A stretch of DNA of 63,976 nucleotides, counting the filler, from Sandaracinaceae bacterium (GTDB lineage Bacteria > Myxococcota_A > Polyangia > Polyangiales > JADJQN01): NCBI GenBank assembly GCA_947483975.1. It is 3 parts of 3 records of this genome, joined end to end, with 100 filler letters (N's around TTAATTAATTAA, not from the genome) between each part and the next. Parts side by side here need not be neighbours in the genome. Positions count along the whole stretch, not along the records: positions 24,233 to 48,224 come from CANKOL010000038.1; 2 more parts are not named here. The stretch is one strand, 5' to 3'. A program made the position numbers and the translations under genes. The notes beneath the pieces were generated by a model that saw only the letters and a program-made list of their open reading frames with translations, was not told the DNA's origin and did no database searches. Positions 36,985-47,101 of this stretch are shown here, piece by piece (the first letter of the stretch is position 1; the number at the start of each line of letters is the position of its first letter).

Positions 36985-38136
36985 TCAATACGGCGCGCAC
37001 GAGGCTGTCGTGCAGTCGGAGCTCGCCGGGTAGAAGTCGGCGCACTTGTCGTTTGGCGCGAGGCTCCACTGGCAGGTGGCGGGGTCGAGGCGATGGAGGC
37101 CCTGGATGAACGTCCACGCGAACGGGGTCGACGGGTCGGTGCAGAACCACGGGGCGTCTTTGCAGGGCTGCGAGGCGCGCAGATAGCCGCGGTAGTAGAG
37201 CTTTTCGCTCACGACGAGCGCGCTGCTCTCGAGGACGATGTCGCCGTAGAGGGAGCTCACCGACGAGCCGCCGCCGACGCACGTCGCGCCTCCACTCGCG
37301 GGCAGGGCGGACACGTTCTCCACGCGAATCCTCGCCCCGGCCCACTCGCCGTGGAAGGTGATGTCGGCAGGGTCCACGAGGCGCGCGACGTCGCTCGGCG
37401 CGATGACGGCGGCCTCCGGGACCGCCGTCGTGCCGACGCGCGTGGCCCGGCAGACGTTGGCCAGCTGCCACTGAGCGGCCCCGGCGCCGGGGGTCACGCA
37501 GTCTGCCGGCAGGACCTGCGCGGTGTCGCCGAAGAGATCGAGCACGTCGCCTGGCTGCACGTCCTCGGGGACGGCGGACCCGACAGGCGCGACGCCGAGC
37601 TGCGGGCAGTACGCGCTCGCGCCACCGTCCGGCGTCGACGCGGGCGTCCCGAGCATCACCACCAGCAGGCCAGTGTACGGCGCGGCGATGGTCAGCCCGG
37701 GGGCCGACACGAACACGCCCCACAGGCAGGTGCCGGTCGCCGCGGTCCTGCGGACCAGGAAGAGCTGCGACGTCGCCACCACGCTCTCGAGGTGGACCCG
37801 GACCCCGGCGCCGACGACGCCCTGCGCGATCTCCTGCACGGTCGAGACGCGCGCGCCGCCGCTGCATAGGTCTCCGCCGCCATCGGTGAGCGCGCCGTCC
37901 GGCACCTCGGCGTCTGTGGGCGGCGCGGCGTCGGGGCCGGCGTCGACGCCACCACAGTCACACACGCCCCAGCGCGTCCCGTCGCTTGCGCAGACTTGAA
38001 CACCGTCGGCGCCGCCGACGCACGGACAGCGCTGTACGCCCCCCGCCTCACACACCGGCGCGGCCGGGTCGCTCGAGCAGCCCACCGAGCCGTACGTCGC
38101 GGCCAGCACCAGCAGCACCCATCGATGATTGGTCAT
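36985..38136 (-). CDS. Cys-containing lipoprotein with possible OB-fold-like domains
   Basis: SVGC lipobox; CPCVGGADGVQVC module; TVQEIAQG, VQPGDVLDLFG. Confidence 0.75.
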   Translation of the reverse strand: MTNHRWVLLVLAATYGSVGCSSDPAAPVCEAGGVQRCPCVGGADGVQVCASDGTRWGVCDCGGVDAGPDAAPPTDAEVPDGALTDGGGDLCSGGARVSTVQEIAQGVVGAGVRVHLESVVATSQLFLVRRTAATGTCLWGVFVSAPGLTIAAPYTGLLVVMLGTPASTPDGGASAYCPQLGVAPVGSAVPEDVQPGDVLDLFGDTAQVLPADCVTPGAGAAQWQLANVCRATRVGTTAVPEAAVIAPSDVARLVDPADITFHGEWAGARIRVENVSALPASGGATCVGGGSSVSSLYGDIVLESSALVVSEKLYYRGYLRASQPCKDAPWFCTDPSTPFAWTFIQGLHRLDPATCQWSLAPNDKCADFYPASSDCTTASCAPY

Positions 38137-38311
38137 CGTCCAACTCCCCCTCTGGCGCGGCACGAGCCGCCCCCGGCTCGTTGTGCCACGGCGTCGCGGC
38201 GCTTGCAGCCGGGCCGGCCGCGGCGCTGCGCCGAGACACAGGCCGCCGGACGGTCGGCTACGCAGACTGACTCCCGCGCAGCCTGACGAGCGCGCCGACT
38301 GACGCCCGCCC

Positions 38312-39955
38312 TCAGCGCGGGATGCAGGCGTTGCCGTAGATCGTCGTACCCGACGCGACGGCCTTGCACGCGTAGCCCGTCGGGCAGCCGCTGTCGTCGG
38401 TGCACGCCGCCGTGCAGAGCTTCGGCTGCCGCGCGGCGCGGCGCACGCAGAGGTTGCCGAGCCCGCCGCAGTCGGCGTTGGCGCCGCACGCCTGGCCGAT
38501 CATGTCGAGCGCGGCGTACGGGTGCAGGCGCGGGTCGTCGTCGATGCCGTGCATGCCGTACATCGTGTGGAAGCCGCCCGCCGAGTTCGCGTCGAGGTTC
38601 GCGAGGAGCGTCTTGATCGTGCGGGGGCGGTGCCGACCGCTCGAGTCGCGCTCGATCAGGTGCGTGATCAGGCTCTGCACCGACGCGGGGGTCGAGGCGT
38701 TCGAGAAGGACGTCGTCGTCAGCACGTCGAGGTTGTGGAGCGCGGTCTTGTTCGGGTTCCGACCGAAGGCGGCGCCGATCATGTACGTGTCGCAGCCCTC
38801 GGCGACGACGACCTGATAGCGGTCGGCGGGCATCTCGACGCTCGTCATGTCGGCGTCGTCGAGGTCGCCCTCGGCGGTGCGGCGCCAGTTGGCGAGCGCG
38901 AAGCCGTAGAACGGCCCGCTGTGGCCGCTGTAGACGATGACGTCGCGCGTGCGGAGGCTGTCGCGCATATCGTCCTCGAGGACGCGCCCGCCCGCGTCGG
39001 TGTCCGGGTCGGTGTCGCTGCCGGTCTTGCCGTAGAAGAGGCGGACCTCGACGCGCACGGTGCGGCCGTTGGCGTTGAGCGAGCGCGTGAAGGGGCCGCT
39101 CGTGCGGTTCAAGAGATCGAAGCTCGCGACGGGCGCGGTGAAGCCCTTGGTCTTGAGCCAGCTGAACATCGCTCGCGCGTGGGAGACGTGATAGGCGCTG
39201 TGGTAGTCCCAGCCGAAGTGCACGTCGATGTCGAGGACGCCGTCGGCGAGCATCTTGTTGAAGTCGAGCCACGCGTCCTGCGAGGCGACCTCGGGGCGGA
39301 GCGTCAGCGTCAGGTCGCGCTTCTGCGCGGCGGGCACCGTCGAGGGGTTCCACTCGGACCAGGGCGCGTCGCGGTACCACTCGCTGTTCGTCTCGAGGCG
39401 CGCGAGGTCGGCGTTGCTCGGCAGCCCGACGGTGAGCACGAAGCTCTTGGTGCCGTCGGCGGCGGTCCGGACGGGGAGCAGCGTCATCAGGTTCGAGCGC
39501 CCCGCGAGCAGCTGCGTGAAGCGGAAGCTGTACGTGCGCGCGTCGACGGCGCGGACGTCGAGCTCCTCGTAGGAGCCCGCCTTCGCCATCGCGCCGAAGC
39601 CGCCGTACTGCGCGTTCGCCTCTTCGCTCTCCTTGTCGACGAGGTACTGGTTGAGGAACCAGGCGTTCGCCGTCTGGCGCAGCCCGATCAGCTCGTGGGC
39701 GCGCGCGAGCTTGCGGGCCGCCGTCGCCGTCGCGAGCTCCGGCTCGAGCGTCACGGTGTCGGTGCCCTCGACGATGAACTCCCGCGCGCTGACGGAGAGA
39801 AAGTCGTCCGCCTTGCCGTCGGCGACGACGAACGCGTCCTCGACGCTCTCGAGCGTCGGGTCGATGCCCGCGGGCTCCGTGCCGAGGTCCTCTGCCGCAC
39901 AGCCGGCGAGTAGAGCCGCCGCCATCCACGTCCCGAGCCAGAGAGTGTTGCGCAT
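38312..39955 (-). CDS. Myxobacterial lipoprotein with possible His/Cys peptidase-like dyad and C-terminal Cys-rich tail
   Basis: LAGC lipobox; DGKAD motif; VIVYSGHSG ... VVVAEGCDTY. Confidence 0.8.
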   Translation of the reverse strand: MRNTLWLGTWMAAALLAGCAAEDLGTEPAGIDPTLESVEDAFVVADGKADDFLSVSAREFIVEGTDTVTLEPELATATAARKLARAHELIGLRQTANAWFLNQYLVDKESEEANAQYGGFGAMAKAGSYEELDVRAVDARTYSFRFTQLLAGRSNLMTLLPVRTAADGTKSFVLTVGLPSNADLARLETNSEWYRDAPWSEWNPSTVPAAQKRDLTLTLRPEVASQDAWLDFNKMLADGVLDIDVHFGWDYHSAYHVSHARAMFSWLKTKGFTAPVASFDLLNRTSGPFTRSLNANGRTVRVEVRLFYGKTGSDTDPDTDAGGRVLEDDMRDSLRTRDVIVYSGHSGPFYGFALANWRRTAEGDLDDADMTSVEMPADRYQVVVAEGCDTYMIGAAFGRNPNKTALHNLDVLTTTSFSNASTPASVQSLITHLIERDSSGRHRPRTIKTLLANLDANSAGGFHTMYGMHGIDDDPRLHPYAALDMIGQACGANADCGGLGNLCVRRAARQPKLCTAACTDDSGCPTGYACKAVASGTTIYGNACIPR

Positions 39956-40112
39956 ATCTGTGGATAGAGCAGCAACCGTGCCGAGCACATTCCTCAATGA
40001 TTGCGGGACATCAAAGTGACCAAGGTTGAGGTTTTGGCTGGACCAGTAGCCACCGTCGGCCCCGGAGAGTGGCGGCTGGAGTGGCCAGCGCCCGGCGTGT
40101 CGCCGGCTCGGC

Positions 40113-42158
40113 TCAGCGTGGCGGCGCGCCGAGCTGCTCTTGGAAGAAGCGCACCCACGCGTACGCGAACGCGTCGCGGTTCTCCTTCTTGTCGTAGCCG
40201 TGCCCCTCGTTGCGCGCGAGCATGTACCAGACGTCGGCGCCGTTCTCGCGCACCGCGCGCACGATCTGCTCCGCCTCGCCCGCCGGCACGCGCGGGTCGT
40301 TCGCGCCGTGCGCGACGAAGAGCGCGCTCCGGATGCGCGCGGCGTTGTGCACGGGCGAGATGCGCGTCAGGAACTCGCGCAGCTCAGGGACGCGCTCGTC
40401 GCCGTACTCGGCGCGCCGCAGGTCGCGGCGATAGGGCGCGGTGTTCTCGAGGAAGGTGATGAAGTTGGCGATCCCCACCATGTCGACGCCCGCGCGGAGC
40501 CGCTCCGGATAGGTCGTCAGCGCCGCCAGCACCATGTAGCCGCCGTACGAGCCGCCGTAGACGCCGACGCGCGCCGCGTCTAGCTCGGGGCGCGCGCCGA
40601 CCCAGTCGAGGAGCGCGCCGAGGTCCTTGACGGAGTCCTCACGACGCACGCCGTCGTCGAGGCGCAGATAGGCTTTCCCGTACCCGTCCGAGCCGCGCAC
40701 GTTGGGCACGAGCACGGCAAAGCCCGCCTGCCCGACGAGGAATTGCCGCACCGGATTGAAGAGCGGGCGCGCCTGCGACTCGGGCCCTCCGTGCACGTCG
40801 AGGATGACGGGGAACGGCCCCGGACCCGCGGGGCGGTAGTACGCACAAGGGAGCTCGCGCCCATCGAAGCTGCGGAAGCGCACCTGCTCCGGCGCGACGA
40901 AGCGACCGCGGTCGAGCCCGCCGACCTCCGTCTCCGTCCAGCGCTCGACGCGCGCCTGCCGCATATCCACCGTGTACGCGTCGCCGGGCGCCGTCGCGGA
41001 GTTGAGCGAGAACGCGAGTCGGTCGGCGTTGCGCGCATATTGCAGCCCCGTCAGCACGCCACGCGCCAAACCCGGCAGCGCGACGGGCGTGTGCCGCCGA
41101 GCGCGAGTGTCGAGCCGGTGCAGCACGCTGACGCCGTCCTCGTTCGTCGTGAAGGCGAGCGTGCGACCGTCGGGAGAGAGCGCGAGCTCCTCGACGTTCC
41201 AGGGGATATCGCGCGTGAGCGAGCGAAACGCGCCCGTCGCGAGCGTCAGCTCGTAGAGCTCGACGAAGTCCCCCTCGCGGTCGCTCGTCACGTAGACGCT
41301 CGCGCCATCGCGCGAGAAGAGCGCGCTCCGATACGCCGCGACGGGCTCGGGCGGCGTGACGCGCGTGACCTGCCGAGTCGCGAGGTCGACGACGTGAAAG
41401 CGGGAGTCTGTAATCGACACATACTCGGCGACGAGCAGCTTGCTGCCGTCGTGCGAGAAGGACTCTGCCGTCCACTGCCCGACGCCCTCGACGAGCAAAT
41501 GCGCAGACTCGCGCGTGCGCCCGTCGCTGACGTACACGTCCATGTCGTGCCCGTTGCGGGCGTTGCCCGCGTACGCGAGCTTGGCTCCGTCGTCGGAGAA
41601 GACGTGCCCGAGGTGTCGGCTCACGCCGTCGGTCAGCAGCGTCGTCGCGCCGGTGCGCGCGTCGAGCCGATAGAGCTGAGTGTTCTCGTCGCCGCCCGTG
41701 TCCGTCGCGTAGACGAGCGAGTCGGGCGCGCCCGGCACGAGCACGCCGGACTCGACGGGCTCGGGCAGAAACGTCAGCTGCGTGCGGGCGCCGCGCGGCG
41801 TGCGCAGGAGGTGCAGCTGATACGTGCTCGCGAAGCGCGTCGAGAGCAGCATCACCGCGCCGTCGTCGCTCAGCGACTCGACGTACGCGTTGCGCGAGTC
41901 GAGATACGGCGCGAGCGCGGCGCGCAGCTCAGGCGTGGTGTCGGGCACGCCATCAGTGACGAGCTGCGGGAGCTCGCGCGGCGCCTCGAGCAGCGCGCTC
42001 GGCGCAACGACGGGCGCGGCTGACGCGGCGGGGGCGACGGCGATGGGTGCGGCGGGCGCCGCGGGGCACGGGGCGGGCGCAGCGCCGCAGCCGAGCGAGA
42101 CGAGCACCCAGAGACCGAGCACCCAGAGACAGAGCGGAGAGAGCCTGAGCGGCGGCAT
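40113..42158 (-). CDS. S9 (prolyl oligopeptidase-family) peptidase, lipoprotein
   Basis: HGGPES, PNVRGSDGYG, GGSYGG, HGANDPRV, EGHG; beta-propeller N-terminal part. Confidence 0.95.
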   Translation of the reverse strand: MPPLRLSPLCLWVLGLWVLVSLGCGAAPAPCPAAPAAPIAVAPAASAAPVVAPSALLEAPRELPQLVTDGVPDTTPELRAALAPYLDSRNAYVESLSDDGAVMLLSTRFASTYQLHLLRTPRGARTQLTFLPEPVESGVLVPGAPDSLVYATDTGGDENTQLYRLDARTGATTLLTDGVSRHLGHVFSDDGAKLAYAGNARNGHDMDVYVSDGRTRESAHLLVEGVGQWTAESFSHDGSKLLVAEYVSITDSRFHVVDLATRQVTRVTPPEPVAAYRSALFSRDGASVYVTSDREGDFVELYELTLATGAFRSLTRDIPWNVEELALSPDGRTLAFTTNEDGVSVLHRLDTRARRHTPVALPGLARGVLTGLQYARNADRLAFSLNSATAPGDAYTVDMRQARVERWTETEVGGLDRGRFVAPEQVRFRSFDGRELPCAYYRPAGPGPFPVILDVHGGPESQARPLFNPVRQFLVGQAGFAVLVPNVRGSDGYGKAYLRLDDGVRREDSVKDLGALLDWVGARPELDAARVGVYGGSYGGYMVLAALTTYPERLRAGVDMVGIANFITFLENTAPYRRDLRRAEYGDERVPELREFLTRISPVHNAARIRSALFVAHGANDPRVPAGEAEQIVRAVRENGADVWYMLARNEGHGYDKKENRDAFAYAWVRFFQEQLGAPPR

Positions 42159-42302
42159 GATGCGCGCGAGTATAGGCGGCGCTTCTTGGCGCGCGGAGAC
42201 GAGACGGGGCAAACTCTCGCCGCGCTCGCGCGGGGTCTCGCGGGCGCTCTCCCATCGGTCCTCAACGGTCGCGCGCACGCCGCCGCGACGGAGCTTCTCT
42301 TC

Positions 42303-43265
42303 ATGCGCCACACCCTTCTCCTCACCTCGCTCTTGGCTCTCACCGCGGTCGCGCTCGTCGGCTGCGGCGACGACGACGCGGCCCCGCCGACGGCCACGCC
42401 CGTCGCGCTCGCCGACTTCTGCCCACAGTTCGTCGACGCGATCTGCGACAACGTCGCGCGCTGTTCGTGCAGCGCGACCGCGGACGCCGACTGCCGCGCC
42501 GACCTCACGGACACCTGCCCGAACAGCATCGTCGGTCCGGACATCCGCGCGCACATCGGGAGCGGCACCGTCGTCTACGACGCGAGCGCGGCCGGCGCGA
42601 TGATCGCGGGAGTGCGCGCCGAGACCTCGTGCGACAGCCCGATGACGACCTTCGGTTGGCGGATCGCGGACGTGTTCACCTTCGGCGGGATGCTCAACGG
42701 CACCGTCGCCGCGGGCGCGACCTGCGACGCGGGCAGCGGCGACTCGCCGATCGGCGGCGAGTGCCTCGACGGCGTGTGCTCGGGCGGCAGCGGCGGCGGC
42801 CCAGCGATCTGCGTCCACCTCGCCGGTATCGGCGACCCATGCGGCGCGGGGATCAGCTCCCTCTGCGTCAACCTCGACGCGAGCTTCACGTCGCTCGAGG
42901 GCACCGATCTGCTCCTGCGCTGCAACGTCGCAGCGGGCGCCTCGACGGGCACCTGCGCGGCGCTCCTCGCGAACGGCGCGGCGTGCGCGGCGGTCCAAGA
43001 CTGCGCGAGTGGGCGTTGTGAGGCGGGGGTCTGCGCGCCCGCCCTCGCGGTCGGCGAAGCGTGTAGCGGCTCGCCCGAGTGCCTCAGCGGCTTCTGCGAC
43101 TACGCCGCGACGCCCTCGGTGTGCGCCGTGGCGAGCAACGTGGCCGTCAGCGGCGCGTGCACCGACGGCGCTCAGTGCGTCAGCGGCGTCTGCCGCGGCA
43201 ACGTGTGCGTCGCCGCCGTCTGCGGGCTCTACAGCGAGCCGGTCCCGCCGCCCGCGGGCCCCTGA
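42303..43265 (+). CDS. Cysteine-rich lipoprotein
   Basis: LVGC lipobox; repeated G.AC....C.SG.C units. Confidence 0.85.
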   Translation: MRHTLLLTSLLALTAVALVGCGDDDAAPPTATPVALADFCPQFVDAICDNVARCSCSATADADCRADLTDTCPNSIVGPDIRAHIGSGTVVYDASAAGAMIAGVRAETSCDSPMTTFGWRIADVFTFGGMLNGTVAAGATCDAGSGDSPIGGECLDGVCSGGSGGGPAICVHLAGIGDPCGAGISSLCVNLDASFTSLEGTDLLLRCNVAAGASTGTCAALLANGAACAAVQDCASGRCEAGVCAPALAVGEACSGSPECLSGFCDYAATPSVCAVASNVAVSGACTDGAQCVSGVCRGNVCVAAVCGLYSEPVPPPAGP

Positions 43266-43290
43266 GCCGCTGAGGTCCTGAGCGAGGTCG

Positions 43291-44553
43291 TCACTTCACG
43301 GGGCGCTGCTCACACGGCGCCGCGTCGAAGTCGACGACCTCTTGGCAGGCGACCGGGTCATTCCCGGTCGTGGCGAGGCACTGCCCCTGATTGCCGTTGC
43401 CTTGGAATTGCCCGCGCAGCACGACGAGCTCGCCGCAGTTGCGGATCGTGAGCCGGTAATCGACGGGTCGACCGTTGACGCAGCTCATGTAGTGCGCGAC
43501 CCGCACGCGATACCGGCCGGCGGGCGCCATGCCGCTCGCGAAGTAGATGTGCTCGGTGTCGAGCCCGACGTTGGCGTTGCACGCGGCGTTGGCGTCGAGA
43601 TCGAGGTGCCCGCTCGAGGGGGTGTCGCGGTTGCCGTAGTAGATCGTGCCGCCTGAGGGGTCGTCGACGTAGAGGTCGAGGTCCGTCGGCTCGCTCATGT
43701 GGAGCGTGACCTCGATCTGCCCGGCGCCGACCGGGAGCACCTCGACGAGGCGCGTGATCGGCGGGCCCGCGCGACCGGCGCGGTCGACCGTCTCGGTCGT
43801 CATCATCGTCTGAAACGGCGCGGTCGCGAGGGCGATGCCGCCGGGCGGCAGCGGCGCGCGGATGCCGAAGTTGACCGTGAGCTCGCGAGCGCCCTCGCCG
43901 AGCACGGAGCCGAGCTCCGTCTGCTGCTCGGCCTGCACGTAGAACGAGCCGGCGTAGCCCGCGAACTCGACGAAGACGCCGCGGATCTCGGGTCCGCGCC
44001 CGTCGAGCACGTTGAAGAGGACGTCCTCCGGCACGCCCGCGAGGAGCGGGATCGGGCGCGTCGGGTTCTCGCGCGGGCCGTTCGCGAGGGCAGGACCGCC
44101 GGACGAGGCGGGCACGCCGCCGCGTCGATACTCGCCGCCCGCGACGACCCACGGCGTCTCGGGCCCGCCGCCGGTGAACGCCGAGGTCGGCTGCCGCTGC
44201 GCGACGGACGACGTCGAGGGCACGAGCGCGTCGAGCGTGGCGCGCGGCCCCGGGCGATAGCGCACGCGCATCTCCTCGCGCAGCTGCTCGGGCGTCGGCC
44301 CTGCCGGGGGCGCGAGGCCCAGACCGCCGTCGAAGGGCGACAGATGACCCGTCAGCGGCGCCTCGCCGGTGACCGCCTCGGCGAGCGTCGGCGGCTGCTC
44401 GCGCGAGAGGCGAAGCAAAAGCGCCACCGGCGCCGCGATGGCGACGGCGACGAGGACGAGCCCGCCGAACACGACGAGCGCTTTCGTGGCGCGCGAGGGC
44501 TCGCTCGGGTCGGGCGGCTGTGCGCTGGTGCGCGGCTCACGGCGGGTACGCAT
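43291..44553 (-). CDS. Membrane-anchored protein with YfaP/DUF2135-like C-terminal domain
   Basis: N-terminal TM; TDLDLYVDDPSG, GHLDLDANAAC, EHIYF, GRYRVRV. Confidence 0.8.
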   Translation of the reverse strand: MRTRREPRTSAQPPDPSEPSRATKALVVFGGLVLVAVAIAAPVALLLRLSREQPPTLAEAVTGEAPLTGHLSPFDGGLGLAPPAGPTPEQLREEMRVRYRPGPRATLDALVPSTSSVAQRQPTSAFTGGGPETPWVVAGGEYRRGGVPASSGGPALANGPRENPTRPIPLLAGVPEDVLFNVLDGRGPEIRGVFVEFAGYAGSFYVQAEQQTELGSVLGEGARELTVNFGIRAPLPPGGIALATAPFQTMMTTETVDRAGRAGPPITRLVEVLPVGAGQIEVTLHMSEPTDLDLYVDDPSGGTIYYGNRDTPSSGHLDLDANAACNANVGLDTEHIYFASGMAPAGRYRVRVAHYMSCVNGRPVDYRLTIRNCGELVVLRGQFQGNGNQGQCLATTGNDPVACQEVVDFDAAPCEQRPVK

Positions 44554-44592
44554 GGCTCTGTCTACGTCTGAGCGAGGTTGAAGCGTTCCCGC

Positions 44593-46479
44593 TCAGCGCG
44601 CACGCGGGGCGCGGCCGCGCTCACGACGCGCGCGGTCGACGGCGCGCTGCTCATGCACGATCCGCCCAGAGAACGGCGCCGCGATCGCGTCGCCGGTCTC
44701 CTCGAGGAGCGCCCGAACGCGCGCCGGCGTGAGCGCCGGATCGACGGAAATCAGCTTTGCGGCGAGGTTCGCGACGTTCGGCGAGGCCATGCTCGTGCCC
44801 GAGAGCGGCACGTGCGCGCCCGACGGAATCACGCTGTCGACCTCGACGCCGAGGTCGAAGAGGCGCACGCGCTCGGGGTTCGAATTCGTGAAGGTCGCCC
44901 AGTTGCCCCACTTGTCCACGGCGCCGACGACGAGGACGTTCGGCGCGTCGATGGACGCGGGCACGTCGTCGTACTCGAGGATGTCGCGGTTGGAGTTGCC
45001 CGCCGCGACGACGAAGAGCGTCTCGGGGCACTGCGCGAAGATCCACGCCCAGTTCTCCTTGCGGCGCGCCTGGATCGCCGCGGCGCGCGCGCGCACGGCG
45101 TCGTCGGTCGCGTAGAGGTCGGGCTGATGGCGCAGCGCGTCCTCGAGGTAGTCGACGCTGAAGCCGAGGCTCGCGTTGATGACGCGCACATGATTGGCGC
45201 GGACGTACGCCGCGATGCGCTCGATGTTGGCGCGCTCGGCGTCGAGCTCCGCGTCGGTCGGACCGCGCTCGAAGTACGTGCGGCTCTCGCCCGCCCACGC
45301 GCTCCGGAAGATCGCGAGCTTCGCCTTGGGATTGCCCGCGAGCAGGATGCCCGCGACGTGCGTGCCGTGCGCCCACTCGCCGACCTCGTCGAGCGCGCGA
45401 TCGGTCGCGCGGAGCGCGTCGACGTCGGTGATGCTGCGCTCGAGCTCGAGCACGCGCTGCGCGTCGGGGGACGACGCCATGCCCGCGCGCAGGTCCATCA
45501 CGCCGCGGAGGAACGGCGTGTAGCGCTCGAGAATCTCAGGCGCGGGCTGGTAGGTGTACGCGGTCTGCTCGGGGAGCGGATCGGAGATGACGCCGTGCGC
45601 GCCCGCGGCGTCCGTGAAGAGCTGCGACTCGAAGAGCGTCGGCTGCGAGCCGGTGTCCCAGACGCCGACGACGACGTCCTGCGCGTCGCGCGCGCGGGTC
45701 AGGTCGACGGTCGAGAACGCGAAGAGCGCGTCCGCGGGGCGCGCCTCGTTCTCGGCGCGGACCGTGGCGATCGCGGCGAGGAAGTGCGCGCGATTCTGCA
45801 CGATGCTGCGGAGCACGCCCTCGAAGTAGAGGACGCTCCCCGCCGTCTCGAGCGCGAGCATCTGCTCCTTGGTCTGCGCGACGTTCGCGTCGACCTGCGC
45901 TTCCGTCTGAAAGAGCTGAAAGACGACGGTCGCGGCGCCGAAGCGCGGGCGCGGCAGCTCGCGCAGCACCGTCGCGATCGCGGTCTCCTGCGCCGCACCG
46001 TCGTCGCCCGCTTGTCGGCGTTTGAGCTCGGCGAGCAGCGTCGTCGCGGCGAACGCGGAGTTGCGATTCTTGGCGCGCGCGCGGACCAGGCGAATGGTCT
46101 TCTCGGCGTCGTCGAGGTGCCCCGTCGCCGTCGCCGTCACGGCGAGATCGAGCAGCCGCTCGACCGCGCGCCCGGAGAGCAGCGGCGCCGTCGTCGGGGC
46201 TGCGCGATAGGAGTCGAGCTGCGCCGGGTCGAGGTCAGGCTGCACCTCGCGGAGGCGCGCCATCGCGTGCTCGCTGACGAACGCGGCGAGCTCGGGCGTG
46301 CCGAGCCCGTCCCACGGGCTGCGCGGCGTGGGCTGCGTCGCGACGACGTCGGGCGGCGGCACGGTCGCGTGCGGCGCGGGCGTGATCGCCGCGGGGCCGC
46401 CGCAGCCGAGGAGCGCGCAGAGGAGCGCGGGGAAGAGAGCCGAGCGAGAGGGGGCGAGAGAGGCTGTCAGGCGGCGCAT
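44593..46479 (-). CDS. S8 subtilisin-family serine peptidase, lipoprotein
   Basis: VGVWDTG, HGTHVAG, AAGN, GTSMASP. Confidence 0.93.
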   Translation of the reverse strand: MRRLTASLAPSRSALFPALLCALLGCGGPAAITPAPHATVPPPDVVATQPTPRSPWDGLGTPELAAFVSEHAMARLREVQPDLDPAQLDSYRAAPTTAPLLSGRAVERLLDLAVTATATGHLDDAEKTIRLVRARAKNRNSAFAATTLLAELKRRQAGDDGAAQETAIATVLRELPRPRFGAATVVFQLFQTEAQVDANVAQTKEQMLALETAGSVLYFEGVLRSIVQNRAHFLAAIATVRAENEARPADALFAFSTVDLTRARDAQDVVVGVWDTGSQPTLFESQLFTDAAGAHGVISDPLPEQTAYTYQPAPEILERYTPFLRGVMDLRAGMASSPDAQRVLELERSITDVDALRATDRALDEVGEWAHGTHVAGILLAGNPKAKLAIFRSAWAGESRTYFERGPTDAELDAERANIERIAAYVRANHVRVINASLGFSVDYLEDALRHQPDLYATDDAVRARAAAIQARRKENWAWIFAQCPETLFVVAAGNSNRDILEYDDVPASIDAPNVLVVGAVDKWGNWATFTNSNPERVRLFDLGVEVDSVIPSGAHVPLSGTSMASPNVANLAAKLISVDPALTPARVRALLEETGDAIAAPFSGRIVHEQRAVDRARRERGRAPRAR

Positions 46480-46552
46480 GGGGGCGCATCGTCGCAACGA
46501 TCGCTTGGAGCTGCAACGAAGCGACAGGCGCGGCGCGCGCTCGCGTGACGGC

Positions 46553-47101
46553 TCAGCGCCCGCGCGGCGCGCTCAGCCAGGCGGCGAGCGCGGACGAGGA
46601 GAGCGGCTGCCCGTCGGTGATCGGCGAGAACGTGGTGCGCGCGACGCGGCGCCCCGTCGCCTCGAGCACGACGAGCGTCGCGAGCTTGCGGACGTCGTGC
46701 GCGTGCCGGAGGCGCGTGTGCCCGAGTCCGTCGCGACCGACGTTGACGTAGACGGGCACGTAGCGCTGCGCGAGCGCGGCGCGCGCGGGCGCGTGGTCGA
46801 GGGCGCGCACGACCGCCTCGCTGTCGGCGTCGCCGAAGCCGAGGAAGACGAGCAGCACGCGCTGGTCGAGCTGCGCGGCTCGGGTCTGCGCGGCGCCGAG
46901 CAGGATCGCGAGCGACTCCTCGCTGTGCACGGGCCACGGGTTGAGGCGCGGCCCCGCGTCGACGACGGCCCCTGCGTCGCCGGGCGTTGCGCCGTCGGAC
47001 TCGCAGCCTCCACAGCCGCCGGACATCGCGAGGAGCGCGAGGAAGAGGAGCGCGCTCAGCCGCGCAAGAGCGCGCCGAGGTCTTCGAAGGGCGTGGTGCA
47101 T
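46553..47101 (-). CDS. Thioredoxin-fold exported protein lacking CxxC
   Basis: RVLLVFLGFGDADS, YVPVYVNVG, TLVVLEATG. Confidence 0.6.
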   Translation of the reverse strand: MHHALRRPRRALARLSALLFLALLAMSGGCGGCESDGATPGDAGAVVDAGPRLNPWPVHSEESLAILLGAAQTRAAQLDQRVLLVFLGFGDADSEAVVRALDHAPARAALAQRYVPVYVNVGRDGLGHTRLRHAHDVRKLATLVVLEATGRRVARTTFSPITDGQPLSSSALAAWLSAPRGR

